In this document: positions 20,427-29,346 of the stretch, piece by piece
Layout of the letters: each line of letters begins with the position of its first letter
Numbering within the stretch: position 1 is the first letter of the stretch
Source: Candidatus Aenigmatarchaeota archaeon
GTDB taxonomy: Archaea; Aenigmatarchaeota; Aenigmatarchaeia; QMZP01; QMZT01
Direction of reading: 5' to 3'
Assembly (NCBI GenBank): GCA_026397315.1
Contig: JAPLVC010000001.1
Span: forward strand, 128,001 to 192,000
Length of the DNA stretch: 64,000 nt
Notes under the pieces: model-generated
Told to the model about the DNA's origin: nothing
Seen by the model: only the letters and a program-made list of their open reading frames with translations
Databases searched by the model: none
Made by a program: the position numbers and the translations under genes

Positions 20427-20705
20427 ATGGAGCTTTTCGACGTGGTCGACAGGCACTGCAACATCCGCCTTCTCAAGACCAACTGCAACTTCAGGTTATG
20501 CGAGAAGCCGCCTGAGAAGGAAATGCTTATTTTCGAGATGACCATGAACACGGCCAAGAAGAAGGACATAATCTCCCTTTACCTCTGCCGCGAGCACTAC
20601 AATGAGATGGAAAAGGCACTTGAGAGCGTTATCGGCAGGTTCAGGAACGGCCGCGTCTACAGGATAAAGCAGATGGACGATAAGATAAACGTGGTTAGAT
20701 ATTGA
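20427..20705 (+). CDS. Small hypothetical protein, possibly Zn-binding
   Basis: CNFRLC...LCREH pattern; host-like codon usage. Confidence 0.7.
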   Translation: MELFDVVDRHCNIRLLKTNCNFRLCEKPPEKEMLIFEMTMNTAKKKDIISLYLCREHYNEMEKALESVIGRFRNGRVYRIKQMDDKINVVRY

Positions 20706-20730
20706 TTAAATAACAACACAAATTATTTTT

Positions 20731-21513
20731 ATGGGCTCTATTGTCACCTTAAATGATGTACTGAAAATCTACAAATCACAAAAAGCAGGCGAGATAGCTC
20801 TGAAGCCTTACAATAAATGGTTTCCTTTAAAGCCCTCACCGGAGCTAGCAGGCGTAGTTGCAGATTTGATATGTGACGGTCATCTTCAGGGCAATCCAAA
20901 ATGGAGAATAGATTTTACCTTCAAAATAAACGAAGAAAAGCTGAGATTCGAAAGGAAAATTGAAAAAATATTTGGTGTTAAAGGAAAAGCGAGGCCTTGT
21001 TATTCCAATATGTGGGGAGAAAGTTACAATTACGGTGTGAATTGCAAACCTCTGGCTAAAACTCTTTTTCTATGCGGAGTTCCCAGCGGCAACAAGGTGC
21101 TGGGAAATTTCGCTTTTCCTAAATGGATTCTTGAAAATAAAAATTATTTCAAAGAATTCACGAAAAGATTTTATAATTGCGAGGGCACTTGCTGGGGAGG
21201 TAAAAGCCCGGGCATAGGCTTTGAGATGTGGAAAGAAACTGGTAAAATCGACAATTTAAAAGAATTTCTGGAAGTCATAAGATGTGGCCTGAAAAAATTT
21301 TTCGATATAAAAACGACGGAAATTTTCACGACAAGTTCCGTGCATAACAGAAAGGATGGCTATGTGACAAGGCCTCTGAGGTTTTATATAAAAAGAAAAG
21401 AGTCTATATTTAAATTCTATAGAGATATAGGATTTGAATACGAAAAACAAAATAAATTGAAAAACATAATAGAAAATTGGGGCAGAACCTCTGTGGGAAC
21501 TGAAGTGCCATAA
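20731..21513 (+). CDS. Free-standing LAGLIDADG homing-endonuclease-like protein overlapping tRNA-Phe
   Basis: LAGVVADLICDGHL and FTKRFYNCEGTC motifs, FPKWIL, FYRDIGF; AT-rich; no intein ends. Confidence 0.85.
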   Translation: MGSIVTLNDVLKIYKSQKAGEIALKPYNKWFPLKPSPELAGVVADLICDGHLQGNPKWRIDFTFKINEEKLRFERKIEKIFGVKGKARPCYSNMWGESYNYGVNCKPLAKTLFLCGVPSGNKVLGNFAFPKWILENKNYFKEFTKRFYNCEGTCWGGKSPGIGFEMWKETGKIDNLKEFLEVIRCGLKKFFDIKTTEIFTTSSVHNRKDGYVTRPLRFYIKRKESIFKFYRDIGFEYEKQNKLKNIIENWGRTSVGTEVP

Positions 21514-21620
21514 CAGTAGCTCAGCCCGGGAGAGCGCTCGTATGTAGCGGGAATAATGAATCCCGCTTCATGGCGAAGCTGAAGACCGATAGGTCGTGGG
21601 TTCAAATCCCACCTGTCCCA
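21495..21620 (+). tRNA. tRNA-Phe(GAA) with two BHB introns: 15 nt at 4/5 (21499-21513) and 37 nt at 30/31 (21541-21577)
   Basis: Spliced acceptor GGGACAG/CTGTCCC, anticodon GAA 21581-21583, T arm GTGGG-TTCAAAT-CCCAC; BHB helices GTGG/CCAT and CGCT/GGCG, each with two 3-nt bulges. Confidence 0.88.
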
Positions 21621-21656
21621 TATTTTATTTTTATTCTTTCCATCGAATCATTCTCT

Positions 21657-22730
21657 ATGAAAAAGATCGCCGAAGGCAAAGCAAAACTTTACGTTCCAGA
21701 CGAATCGCTGACGAAGGACTCGGAAACTTTCTACAACTCGGCCATGGAGCATCAGCGTAACGTGACGATCGCTTGCGTGCGGCTTGCTGGCTCGAAGGAC
21801 GCGCTGGATCCGCTAGCGGCGACCGGCGTGCGCGGCATCCGCCTGTTAAAGGAAGCAGGCGTCGCCAAAGTCGTGCTCAACGACGTCAGCCCCGCAGCCA
21901 TAAAACTCGTGCGCAGGAATCTCGTGCTCAACAAGATAAAAAAGTCATCTTATGAAATCTCCAGGAAGGACGCGAACGAGCTTTTCCTCGAAAAAAGGCG
22001 CTACAACTTCGTCGACATAGACCCTTTCGGCTCGCCCATCAAGTTCCTGAGAAGCGTCTCTTATGCACTCAGGAAGGACTCGCTGCTGGGCGTGACCGCT
22101 ACTGATTCCGGCGCGCTCGCAGGCAAGTTCGCCGACGCCTGCTTCAGGCGCTACGGCGTTTTCGTGTGCGCCACGGACTTCCCGAAAGAGCTGGGCGTGC
22201 GCGTGCTCATCACTTCGATTCTCAAAAACCTCGCGACGCACGAGATGACTTTCGAGCCGCTGTATTCGCATGCGAACCACTATTTCCGCGTTATCGGACG
22301 CGTCTCGTACGGGCCGGACAAGAACGTCTCCAAAATAAAAATGGTCTCGTACTGCCCGCAGTGCCATAACAGGAAAATCGGTGTCGAGAGCGTATGCGAT
22401 AACTGCAAAGGCGAAATGAAACATATCGGTCCCATATGGACGGGAAAAATCCATGACAGCGAATTTTGTAAAAAGCTGCTGGAAAATTTCGAATTCTCCG
22501 GGAAAAGGGAGATAGAGCTTTCCGCGGCAGAGATAGACCATCCGTTCTATTACGACCTCCACATGCTGGCCCAGTCACTCAAGACCAGCCCTCCGCGCAT
22601 GGAAAAGCTCATCGAAAAGCTGAGAGCGAAAGGCTTCGAGGCGTCGAGAACGCACTTGGAACTCAGGGCCGTAAAAACTAATGCGGGCATAAAAGCAATA
22701 TCAGTCTTGATAGCGGCCGGTAAGAAGTGA
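21657..22730 (+). CDS. trm1: tRNA (guanine26-N2)-dimethyltransferase Trm1
   Basis: FYN..M..QRN, AATGVRGIR, VDIDPFGSP, GVTATD, ELGVRVL, GPIWTG. Confidence 0.93.
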   Translation: MKKIAEGKAKLYVPDESLTKDSETFYNSAMEHQRNVTIACVRLAGSKDALDPLAATGVRGIRLLKEAGVAKVVLNDVSPAAIKLVRRNLVLNKIKKSSYEISRKDANELFLEKRRYNFVDIDPFGSPIKFLRSVSYALRKDSLLGVTATDSGALAGKFADACFRRYGVFVCATDFPKELGVRVLITSILKNLATHEMTFEPLYSHANHYFRVIGRVSYGPDKNVSKIKMVSYCPQCHNRKIGVESVCDNCKGEMKHIGPIWTGKIHDSEFCKKLLENFEFSGKREIELSAAEIDHPFYYDLHMLAQSLKTSPPRMEKLIEKLRAKGFEASRTHLELRAVKTNAGIKAISVLIAAGKK

Positions 22731-23111
22731 TATTTTATCCTTTTGTTGTCTCGTGAATTCTCTTTCAAGTATCGCATTGAATCTCTGCGCGTCCCATATG
22801 TTTATGTTGCGGTAAACTCCCAGCACGCACACGTCGTGCGGTTTCAGTTCAGCTTCTTCTATCATATCAACTGGTATCTTTATCGAGCCGTCACAAATTT
22901 CCACGGACCTGTTGCTTTCAGAAAGTCTTTCCGGATTGGCCTGGACGTGTTTTTTGTCCCAACCACGTCTCACTAGCTGAAGGTATAGCTCTTTGATTCC
23001 ATGATTCTGGAGCAAGTACTGAAGTTTTGGGGAAAGGGTGAGAGTGAGGCCGTCAAAATCGCTTCCCTCGGTGTAGTTTCCCCGGAAAATATAGTTACAG
23101 CATTTTAGCAT
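22701..23111 (-). CDS. MraZ-like (SpoVT/AbrB fold) protein
   Basis: N-terminal IFRGNY and C-terminal DGSIKIP..MIEEAEL...VCVLGV...INIWD..RF resemble MraZ; GTGA SD. Confidence 0.6.
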   Translation of the reverse strand: MLKCCNYIFRGNYTEGSDFDGLTLTLSPKLQYLLQNHGIKELYLQLVRRGWDKKHVQANPERLSESNRSVEICDGSIKIPVDMIEEAELKPHDVCVLGVYRNINIWDAQRFNAILEREFTRQQKDKISLLTGRYQD

Positions 23112-23157
23112 GAAAATCACGTTAAAAGGAAATCGCAGTAAATTTTAAAAAGCGAGT

Positions 23158-24108
23158 CTACTCCACGAGCTCTTCTTCTTCCTTGACCTTTTCCTCGACC
23201 TCGTCTTTTATGCCAAGGCGCTCGACTATCTCCTTGTAACGATTTCGAATGGTCACTTCGGTCACGCCTATCGCGTCCGCGACTTCGCGCTGCGTCTTTT
23301 TCTTGCCTTCGAGAACAGCTGCAATGTAAAGTGCCGCAGCCGCGACGCCTATCGGTCCCTTTCCGCTGGTCACGTCGTAGCGCATCGCTTCGTCAAGGAC
23401 CTTGACAGCCTTGACCTGGATTTTCTCGTCCAGACCAAGCAGCGAGCCGAATCTCGGGATGTAATCCTGCGGCTTTGCCGGCAGTATGCGGATGTCAAGC
23501 TTCCTGGAAATATAACGGTAGGTCTTGCCTATGTCCCTCTTGGCGATGCCTGAAGCCTTCGAAATCTCGTCCAACGTCCTCGGCGCGCCCTCTTCACGGC
23601 AAGTCGTGTATAGTAACGCCGCGATTATCGATTCGGTCGAGCGGCCGCGCACCAATCCCTTTTCGACGGCCTTTTCGTAAAGCTTGGCCACTTTCTCGTG
23701 GACGGCCTGGGACAAATTCAAGTATGAAATGAGCCTCTGCAACTCTGAGAATGCGAACGAGAGATTACGATCCTTCGACTTTATCAGTCTCTTGTGCCAT
23801 TTGGAAAGCCTGTAATACTGCGCACGCTTTTTCGCAGCGACCTTGAACAACTCGCCTCGTCCCTTGCCTATCTCAGTCGTCAGCCCCTGATCGTGTTTCG
23901 TCACTGTAAGTGGCGCACCGGTTCTCACGCGTCGCGAGCGCTGGCTGTCGTCGAACGCTCTCCATTCCTGCGTCGTGTCGATCATTGAAGAATTAATAAC
24001 AAGGCCGCAGCTGCCGCATGTCATCTCGCCGCGCGAAGAATCATAACGTAAATTAGTGGATTTGCACTCAGGACACTTTTGCTTTTTCTCATCAGTTTTT
24101 GGGCACAT
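23158..24108 (-). CDS. tfb: Transcription initiation factor B
   Basis: CPECKS...CGSCG Zn ribbon, EWRAF, GLVRGRS, PRTLDEI, GVTEVTIRNRYKE. Confidence 0.97.
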   Translation of the reverse strand: MCPKTDEKKQKCPECKSTNLRYDSSRGEMTCGSCGLVINSSMIDTTQEWRAFDDSQRSRRVRTGAPLTVTKHDQGLTTEIGKGRGELFKVAAKKRAQYYRLSKWHKRLIKSKDRNLSFAFSELQRLISYLNLSQAVHEKVAKLYEKAVEKGLVRGRSTESIIAALLYTTCREEGAPRTLDEISKASGIAKRDIGKTYRYISRKLDIRILPAKPQDYIPRFGSLLGLDEKIQVKAVKVLDEAMRYDVTSGKGPIGVAAAALYIAAVLEGKKKTQREVADAIGVTEVTIRNRYKEIVERLGIKDEVEEKVKEEEELVE

Positions 24109-24323
24109 GTTACTCCCTTTAAGTGATTATAGCGAGATAAACGTTAATATATCTTATAGTTTACTCATTTATAAAGATTTGTATGGTTCAGTGTATACTA
24201 CTCCATGGCTTTCTGTTTGCATGATATCGGTTTTGCGTGTTACGCCTCAGGAGTGTCTTATTATTAGTCAAAGTATTTATAAGCGCAGGTTAATATTACT
24301 AAATTAAGTTTTGAGGTCTCTTT

Positions 24324-24713
24324 ATGAGCGAAAGGGTAGCAACAGTGAAAGACTTGAAGCCAGGTTCGTATGTCATGATAGATGACGAGCCCTGCAGAGT
24401 TCTTAAGATATCCACATCAAAACCGGGCAAGCACGGCGCTACGAAGGCGCGAGTCGAGGCGGTCGGTGTGTTCGACGAGAAGAAGCGCACGCTGATGAAG
24501 CCCACGTCCGCTGGATGCAACGTGCCGATAATCCTCAAGAAGGGAGCGCAGGTCATTTCCATATCAGGCAACATGGCCCAGCTCATGAACCTCGAGGATT
24601 ACTCGATGTTCGACTGCGAGATTCCTGCGGATCTTAAGGACAATGTCCAGCCAGGCAAAGAAGTGGAATACTGGGAAATAGGCGACAGAAAAGTTATAAA
24701 ACAGGCCAGATAA
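24324..24713 (+). CDS. eif5a: Translation factor aIF-5A
   Basis: SKPGKHGATKAR hypusine motif. Confidence 0.97.
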   Translation: MSERVATVKDLKPGSYVMIDDEPCRVLKISTSKPGKHGATKARVEAVGVFDEKKRTLMKPTSAGCNVPIILKKGAQVISISGNMAQLMNLEDYSMFDCEIPADLKDNVQPGKEVEYWEIGDRKVIKQAR

Positions 24714-24831
24714 GGCGGAATGCCTGCAATTTTTCCCTTGTTTATTTGTAATATTATTGTTTTGCCCGTTCGTCAAGTTTAAACAAAAGTCTTATATACC
24801 CTTCGTTTTTTAATAATATCAGGTGATTTGT

Positions 24832-24906
24832 TTGCTGCTTGAAGATGAAGGCGATGAGCCGGGTGTTGGAGACGACGAAGAGACGGAAGAAGAGGAGGAT
24901 CTCTAA
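24832..24906 (+). CDS. 24-aa highly acidic micro-protein (not in ORF track)
   Basis: TTG-start MLLEDEGDEPGVGDDEETEEEEDL; GGTGA SD 5 nt upstream; AAAAGT-CTTATATA promoter at about 24785-24798. Confidence 0.55.
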   Translation: MLLEDEGDEPGVGDDEETEEEEDL

Positions 24907-24913
24907 TACCTAA

Positions 24914-26659
24914 TTAATTTTTCTTATTTTTTATAATATTGCTAGTCTTGTAATCGCCCAGTTTTTCCCTGATTCTCACAATTTTACACACAATGCCATC
25001 TTCAGCCAGAAGCTTCGCTAGCGCTTTCTCGTCAGCCTTCTGGTCATGGCCCAGCGCTATGATATCCGGCATAGCCCACATTATCGTTTTTAAATAACTG
25101 CTTTCTTCTTTGCCCAAAAATGCACCGTCAACATAAGATATTTCTTCCATGACGGCCAATCGTTGCTTTTCCTCGTTAATAGGTAATCTTCCCTTAAAAT
25201 TTTTTGCAGTTTGATCTCTGGCTATTATGACTATCAACAAATCTCCCAATAATTTGGCGGATTTAAGCAAATGTAAATGTCCTGGATGTACTATATCAAA
25301 AACTCCTCCAGTAAGAACAACCTTGAATTTCATCCTACCTTTCTCATTTAGTGAATATTTTCCTGGGAGAAAACCAATTAATGACGATCTTCCTCGACTG
25401 CCTAAAAAAACTCTATCGCTCATCTTATTTACAAGACCTTCACGTAGGAGTTTGCTAACTATCCTTGCCGTTCTAGTATATGTTCTTTGACATTTTAAAG
25501 ATAATTCGGGTATTGTGAAAAAACCATATCTGAGTTCTAAAAGGTATGCTTTTTTTAAAAATTCAACAGAAGCTTTACTGTTAGGAAATTGATATTGTTG
25601 ATAGGAAGATAAAGCAACTTTTAATTTTTCCTTTTTATATTTCAAATCAGAACCAATTTTGGTTTCAAATTTAATAAGCTCACTTCTGTTGTCTATGTTT
25701 ATTTGCCAAACGCTAGAATCTGATTTGATTCCTTTGAACTTGGGTCCCACATATTCTATTCCGACTTTATCCAAAAGTTTGCAATCGCCCAACAGCAGAG
25801 GGGGTGGGGTTTTTTTGTCCCTGTTTACCAATCTTAATACAATTGACCGATGTTTCTTTTTTTGATTAAAATAAACAGAACCATCATCGTCAAAACATCT
25901 TCTAATAAAAGTCGTCAAAAATTTTTCATCGTTACCGAAAACAAAATTCGGAATATTCTGTTTATGTTTTTTCAAGTCCCTTTTAAACAAGCAAAGTGTT
26001 ACTAATGCAATAATCGCAGGTAATTTTATTGTATGGTTTGTTAAACTTTTATTCCAACCACCTTTAGGTTCTTCGATTTGACCAAAAATATTAAAAGCAG
26101 CATCCAAGAAGCTTTTTCTCATTAGAAATGCCTCTTTTTCATCACTTGCTTTTTTCTTCGTGTAGGCTGTGAAATTTTCATTTAAAAAGCCATCATGCAT
26201 GATTGAAGAGATATATAGAGCGCCATTATTTGTATTGAAATTGAAAGGTAGTTTGGGATTCAAAATGCTTTTCCTATAAGTTCCTTTGGGTGTTGTTAAT
26301 TCAAGAATATCTTGGTTCTTGATCAATTTAAAATTGTTAATATAATAAAGTATTTTTATCAAAAGAGACAATTTAATAAACTTTCCTTTATCTAGATTGT
26401 ATAAGGCAGGGCAGTATCTTTGTCTTATCTTCTCTCCCAAAAACCTGCCAAACTCTGTCAGATTTTTAAAACCTCCCGTTTTTAAGGATAGAAAAATTAG
26501 CTCACGCCCCTTTTTTTCTGTTAATCTTAAGCTGGTTGAAGGGTGCAAATTCCACAAAAATACAATTCCGGTATTTGGTGGTTTATTGAAAAAATCTTGA
26601 GATAACAATTTTTCATTGAAATTCTCAAACGCTTCTTTTAAAAAATCAATTTCAACCAT
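24914..26659 (-). CDS. ribL: LAGLIDADG-like/wHTH protein fused in frame to FAD synthase RibL (RibL domain 24914-25333)
   Basis: YISSIMHDGFL and FIRRCFDDDGSV motifs; C-terminal VLTGGVFDIVHPGH...IARD...PDIIALGHDQ is the RibL nucleotidyltransferase signature. Confidence 0.82.
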   Translation of the reverse strand: MVEIDFLKEAFENFNEKLLSQDFFNKPPNTGIVFLWNLHPSTSLRLTEKKGRELIFLSLKTGGFKNLTEFGRFLGEKIRQRYCPALYNLDKGKFIKLSLLIKILYYINNFKLIKNQDILELTTPKGTYRKSILNPKLPFNFNTNNGALYISSIMHDGFLNENFTAYTKKKASDEKEAFLMRKSFLDAAFNIFGQIEEPKGGWNKSLTNHTIKLPAIIALVTLCLFKRDLKKHKQNIPNFVFGNDEKFLTTFIRRCFDDDGSVYFNQKKKHRSIVLRLVNRDKKTPPPLLLGDCKLLDKVGIEYVGPKFKGIKSDSSVWQINIDNRSELIKFETKIGSDLKYKKEKLKVALSSYQQYQFPNSKASVEFLKKAYLLELRYGFFTIPELSLKCQRTYTRTARIVSKLLREGLVNKMSDRVFLGSRGRSSLIGFLPGKYSLNEKGRMKFKVVLTGGVFDIVHPGHLHLLKSAKLLGDLLIVIIARDQTAKNFKGRLPINEEKQRLAVMEEISYVDGAFLGKEESSYLKTIMWAMPDIIALGHDQKADEKALAKLLAEDGIVCKIVRIREKLGDYKTSNIIKNKKN

Positions 26660-26742
26660 ATATAATATTATATTGAATTTAGATATTTAAAACTTGGCAA
26701 GCAAATATTATCAAGTAATAATTTATAATGGTGGTAGATGAG

Positions 26743-26919
26743 TTACTTCTTAAGGCTCATCGCATCGACGGGGCAGAAGTTCACGCAGGCAGCGCAGTTC
26801 ACGCATCTCTTCGCGTCGCATTCTATGCCGTGCTCAGTGAGGTCCAGCGCGAGCTTCGGGCAGACCGCCACGCATCCGCCGCATCGAAGGCACTTGTTCT
26901 TGTCCGTTAACGCAACCAT
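26743..26919 (-). CDS. 2x[4Fe-4S] ferredoxin
   Basis: CLRCGGCVAVCP and CVNCAACVNFCP; GGTGA SD. Confidence 0.93.
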   Translation of the reverse strand: MVALTDKNKCLRCGGCVAVCPKLALDLTEHGIECDAKRCVNCAACVNFCPVDAMSLKK

Positions 26920-27031
26920 AAACATCACCCATTTAGACAGAAGCAGATGCAATCTGCTTCATTCGCTTAATAGGTTATTTTTTAAACTGCGAGCTTAAAT
27001 ATTTGAAATAACCAGTGCAAAAGGTGACGTC

Positions 27032-27964
27032 ATGGCAGAGGGTTACGGTTTCGGCAAAATCATTTTGTTCGGCGAGCATTTCGTCGTCTACGGCCTGCCC
27101 GCGATAGCTTCGGCCATAGGGGATAAAACCATCGCCACAGTCGAGACGTCGAAAAAATTCGAACTGGTCGACAAGCGGCCAGCGACAGACGGATACAAGG
27201 TGACCAAGAAAGACGAGATGGACCGCTCGATGAAGCTCATACTCGACTTCATGAAAATCAATCCCGTCAAAACGCCGGTCAAAATCACGCTGTCAGGCAA
27301 CCTCTTCTGCACGAGCGGCATAGGGGCGAGCGCCGCGATGGCGACATCGATTGCCCGCGCCTTTTCAGAACATTTCAACCTCAGTCTCAATGACGAACAG
27401 GTGAACAGGATTTCATACGAAGGAGAGAAAGGTTCGGCAGGCACGCCTTCGGGCATCGATAACACCTGCGCGACTTTCGGTGGCCTGTTATGGTTCGAGA
27501 AGAACCTGAAAGGCGGCGAGAACAGGATGGAGCTGATAAAGGCGAAGAAGCCGATAGAAATCGTGCTTGGCAACACCGGCATATCGCAGGAGACGAAGCT
27601 CGTCGTCGAGGACGTAAAAAAAGCGAGAGAAGCGGACCCGAAGCGATACGAACGCATATTCAGCGATTACATGAAGCTTGTGAAAGAGGCGAGAGGCGTT
27701 ATCGAGCGAGGAGACATCAAAAGGCTCGGCGCGCTTATGGACGAGAACCACCGTCTGCTGAAGGAAATGGGTCTTTCGTGCGTCCAGGCTGAAGATATAA
27801 TAAGCGTCGCCAAGGCGAACGGCGCGGCTGGCGCGAAGATAACAGGCACCGGCCGCGGCGGTTATGTGATACTGCTCACGCCGGGAAAAGCGGTTCAGGA
27901 CAAAGTGGCGAAAGCGATAGAGACGAAGGGTTACAAGACGCTCAAGACGGAAATCGGCGTTTAA
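27032..27964 (+). CDS. mvk: Mevalonate kinase
   Basis: GKIILFGEHFVVYG, GIGASAA, PSGID, GAKITGTGRGG. Confidence 0.95.
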   Translation: MAEGYGFGKIILFGEHFVVYGLPAIASAIGDKTIATVETSKKFELVDKRPATDGYKVTKKDEMDRSMKLILDFMKINPVKTPVKITLSGNLFCTSGIGASAAMATSIARAFSEHFNLSLNDEQVNRISYEGEKGSAGTPSGIDNTCATFGGLLWFEKNLKGGENRMELIKAKKPIEIVLGNTGISQETKLVVEDVKKAREADPKRYERIFSDYMKLVKEARGVIERGDIKRLGALMDENHRLLKEMGLSCVQAEDIISVAKANGAAGAKITGTGRGGYVILLTPGKAVQDKVAKAIETKGYKTLKTEIGV

Positions 27965-28065
27965 TATTCGACGATTGGCGTCTTTCAACAATTTAAAATA
28001 AGAACCCAATTTTTCTATTAAGAATATTGAATATCAAACGGTTGAAAGAGTTCAGGGTGATTTTG

Positions 28066-29346
28066 ATGAACATGAGGGAATTCGTCGATTTGCTGGACAA
28101 GAAGGGATTGCTTGTAAAAGTCAGCAAGCCAGTCGATACCAAATACGAGATTTCGACCATAGTCAAGATGCTAGCGGGAAAGCCCGTGCTTTTCGAGCAC
28201 GTCAAAGGTCATGACATGCCGGTCGTATCGAATGTCTGCTCGACGCGCGACCTCGTCTGTCTCGGCCTCGATATCGACAAGAAGGACCTCATAGCGAAGC
28301 TCACGCATGCGATCGAGAACCCGGCGGAGCCGACGAAGAAAGTGTCGCACGAATATCACGAGCTGGAATGCGATTTGCACAAGCTTCCGATTCTGACTTA
28401 CTATCCAAAGGACGGCGGGCCGTACATTGCGTCCGGCATCGCTATCGCCAGGGACGCAGAACACGGCACGAACGCTTCTTACCATAGGGCCATGATTCTC
28501 GGCAAGGACAGGATGGTGCTTCGCATTCTCGAACGCCACCTGAACGAGTACAAGAAGCGCGGGCTCAAGGAATTCGCCTTCTGCATAGGCAATCCCACGA
28601 CCGTTCTGATTGGGGCTGCGATTTCGGCTGAACTTGGAAAAAACGAGCTTGCGATAGCGAACGCGCTGCATGAGACGCATACCATCGAACTGAACGGGCA
28701 TATTGTCCCTGAGAGCGAGATAGTGATGATATGCGAGTTCACTGGCGAGCTCGCCGAGGAGGGGCCGTTCCTCGACCTGACCGAGACTTTCGACATAGTC
28801 AGAAAACAGTCTGTGGTGCGCGTCAAGAAAATCTACGCGAAGAAAAACGCGCTCTTCCACGCGCTGCTTCCCGGTGATTTAGAACACAAGATTCTCATGG
28901 GTATGCCGAGAGAGCCGACGATATTCCGCGAGGTGAACAAGGTCTGCGACTGCCGCGACGTTTACATCACGCCCGGCGGATGCTCATGGCTGCACGGAGC
29001 GGTCAAGATTCACAAGAAGCACGACGATGACGGGCGCAAGGCGATAGAAGCCGCGTTCAAGGGTCACGCTTCGATGAAGCACGTTTTCGTCGTCGACGAC
29101 GACATAAACATTGAAGAGCCGAAGGAAATTGAGTGGGCGCTAGCGACGCGTTTCCAGGGTGACAAGGACATGATAGTCAGAACGAAAGAGAAAGGCTCGT
29201 CCCTCGATCCTTCGTCTGACATGGCGACGCGCGAGACGACTAAAGTCGGCTTCGACCTTACAAAGCCGCTCGTCTCGAAGGGCAAGGATTTCAGCAGACC
29301 CGAGCTGCCCATGAAAATAAATCTTGAAGATTACTTGGTGGAGTAG
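28066..29346 (+). CDS. UbiD-family decarboxylase, probably anhydromevalonate phosphate decarboxylase
   Basis: DGGPYI, NASYHR, EGPF, GGCSWLH, VVDDDINI, EWALATR, SSLDPS; in mevalonate operon. Confidence 0.9.
   Translation: MNMREFVDLLDKKGLLVKVSKPVDTKYEISTIVKMLAGKPVLFEHVKGHDMPVVSNVCSTRDLVCLGLDIDKKDLIAKLTHAIENPAEPTKKVSHEYHELECDLHKLPILTYYPKDGGPYIASGIAIARDAEHGTNASYHRAMILGKDRMVLRILERHLNEYKKRGLKEFAFCIGNPTTVLIGAAISAELGKNELAIANALHETHTIELNGHIVPESEIVMICEFTGELAEEGPFLDLTETFDIVRKQSVVRVKKIYAKKNALFHALLPGDLEHKILMGMPREPTIFREVNKVCDCRDVYITPGGCSWLHGAVKIHKKHDDDGRKAIEAAFKGHASMKHVFVVDDDINIEEPKEIEWALATRFQGDKDMIVRTKEKGSSLDPSSDMATRETTKVGFDLTKPLVSKGKDFSRPELPMKINLEDYLVE

Noticed and set aside
20731-21513. Whole endonuclease ORF as one large tRNA-Phe intron (TTATGG at the start can pair with CCATAA at the stop)
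   Set aside because: Splicing at that BHB gives GGGCCAG with a C4:U69 mismatch, whereas the local 15-nt intron gives a perfect GGGACAG/CTGTCCC stem
21479-21516. Alternative tRNA-Phe 5' end GGGGCAG at 21479 with a 31-nt intron
   Set aside because: It can pair with the 3' acceptor strand, but no register gives a full 4-bp BHB helix
21570-21656. N-terminal extension of Trm1 given by the ORF track
   Set aside because: It overlaps tRNA-Phe; Trm1-like sequence begins at ATG 21657
24914-26659. Intein in ribL
   Set aside because: No N-extein and no Cys/Ser start or His-Asn end; the endonuclease-like part lies entirely N-terminal to RibL
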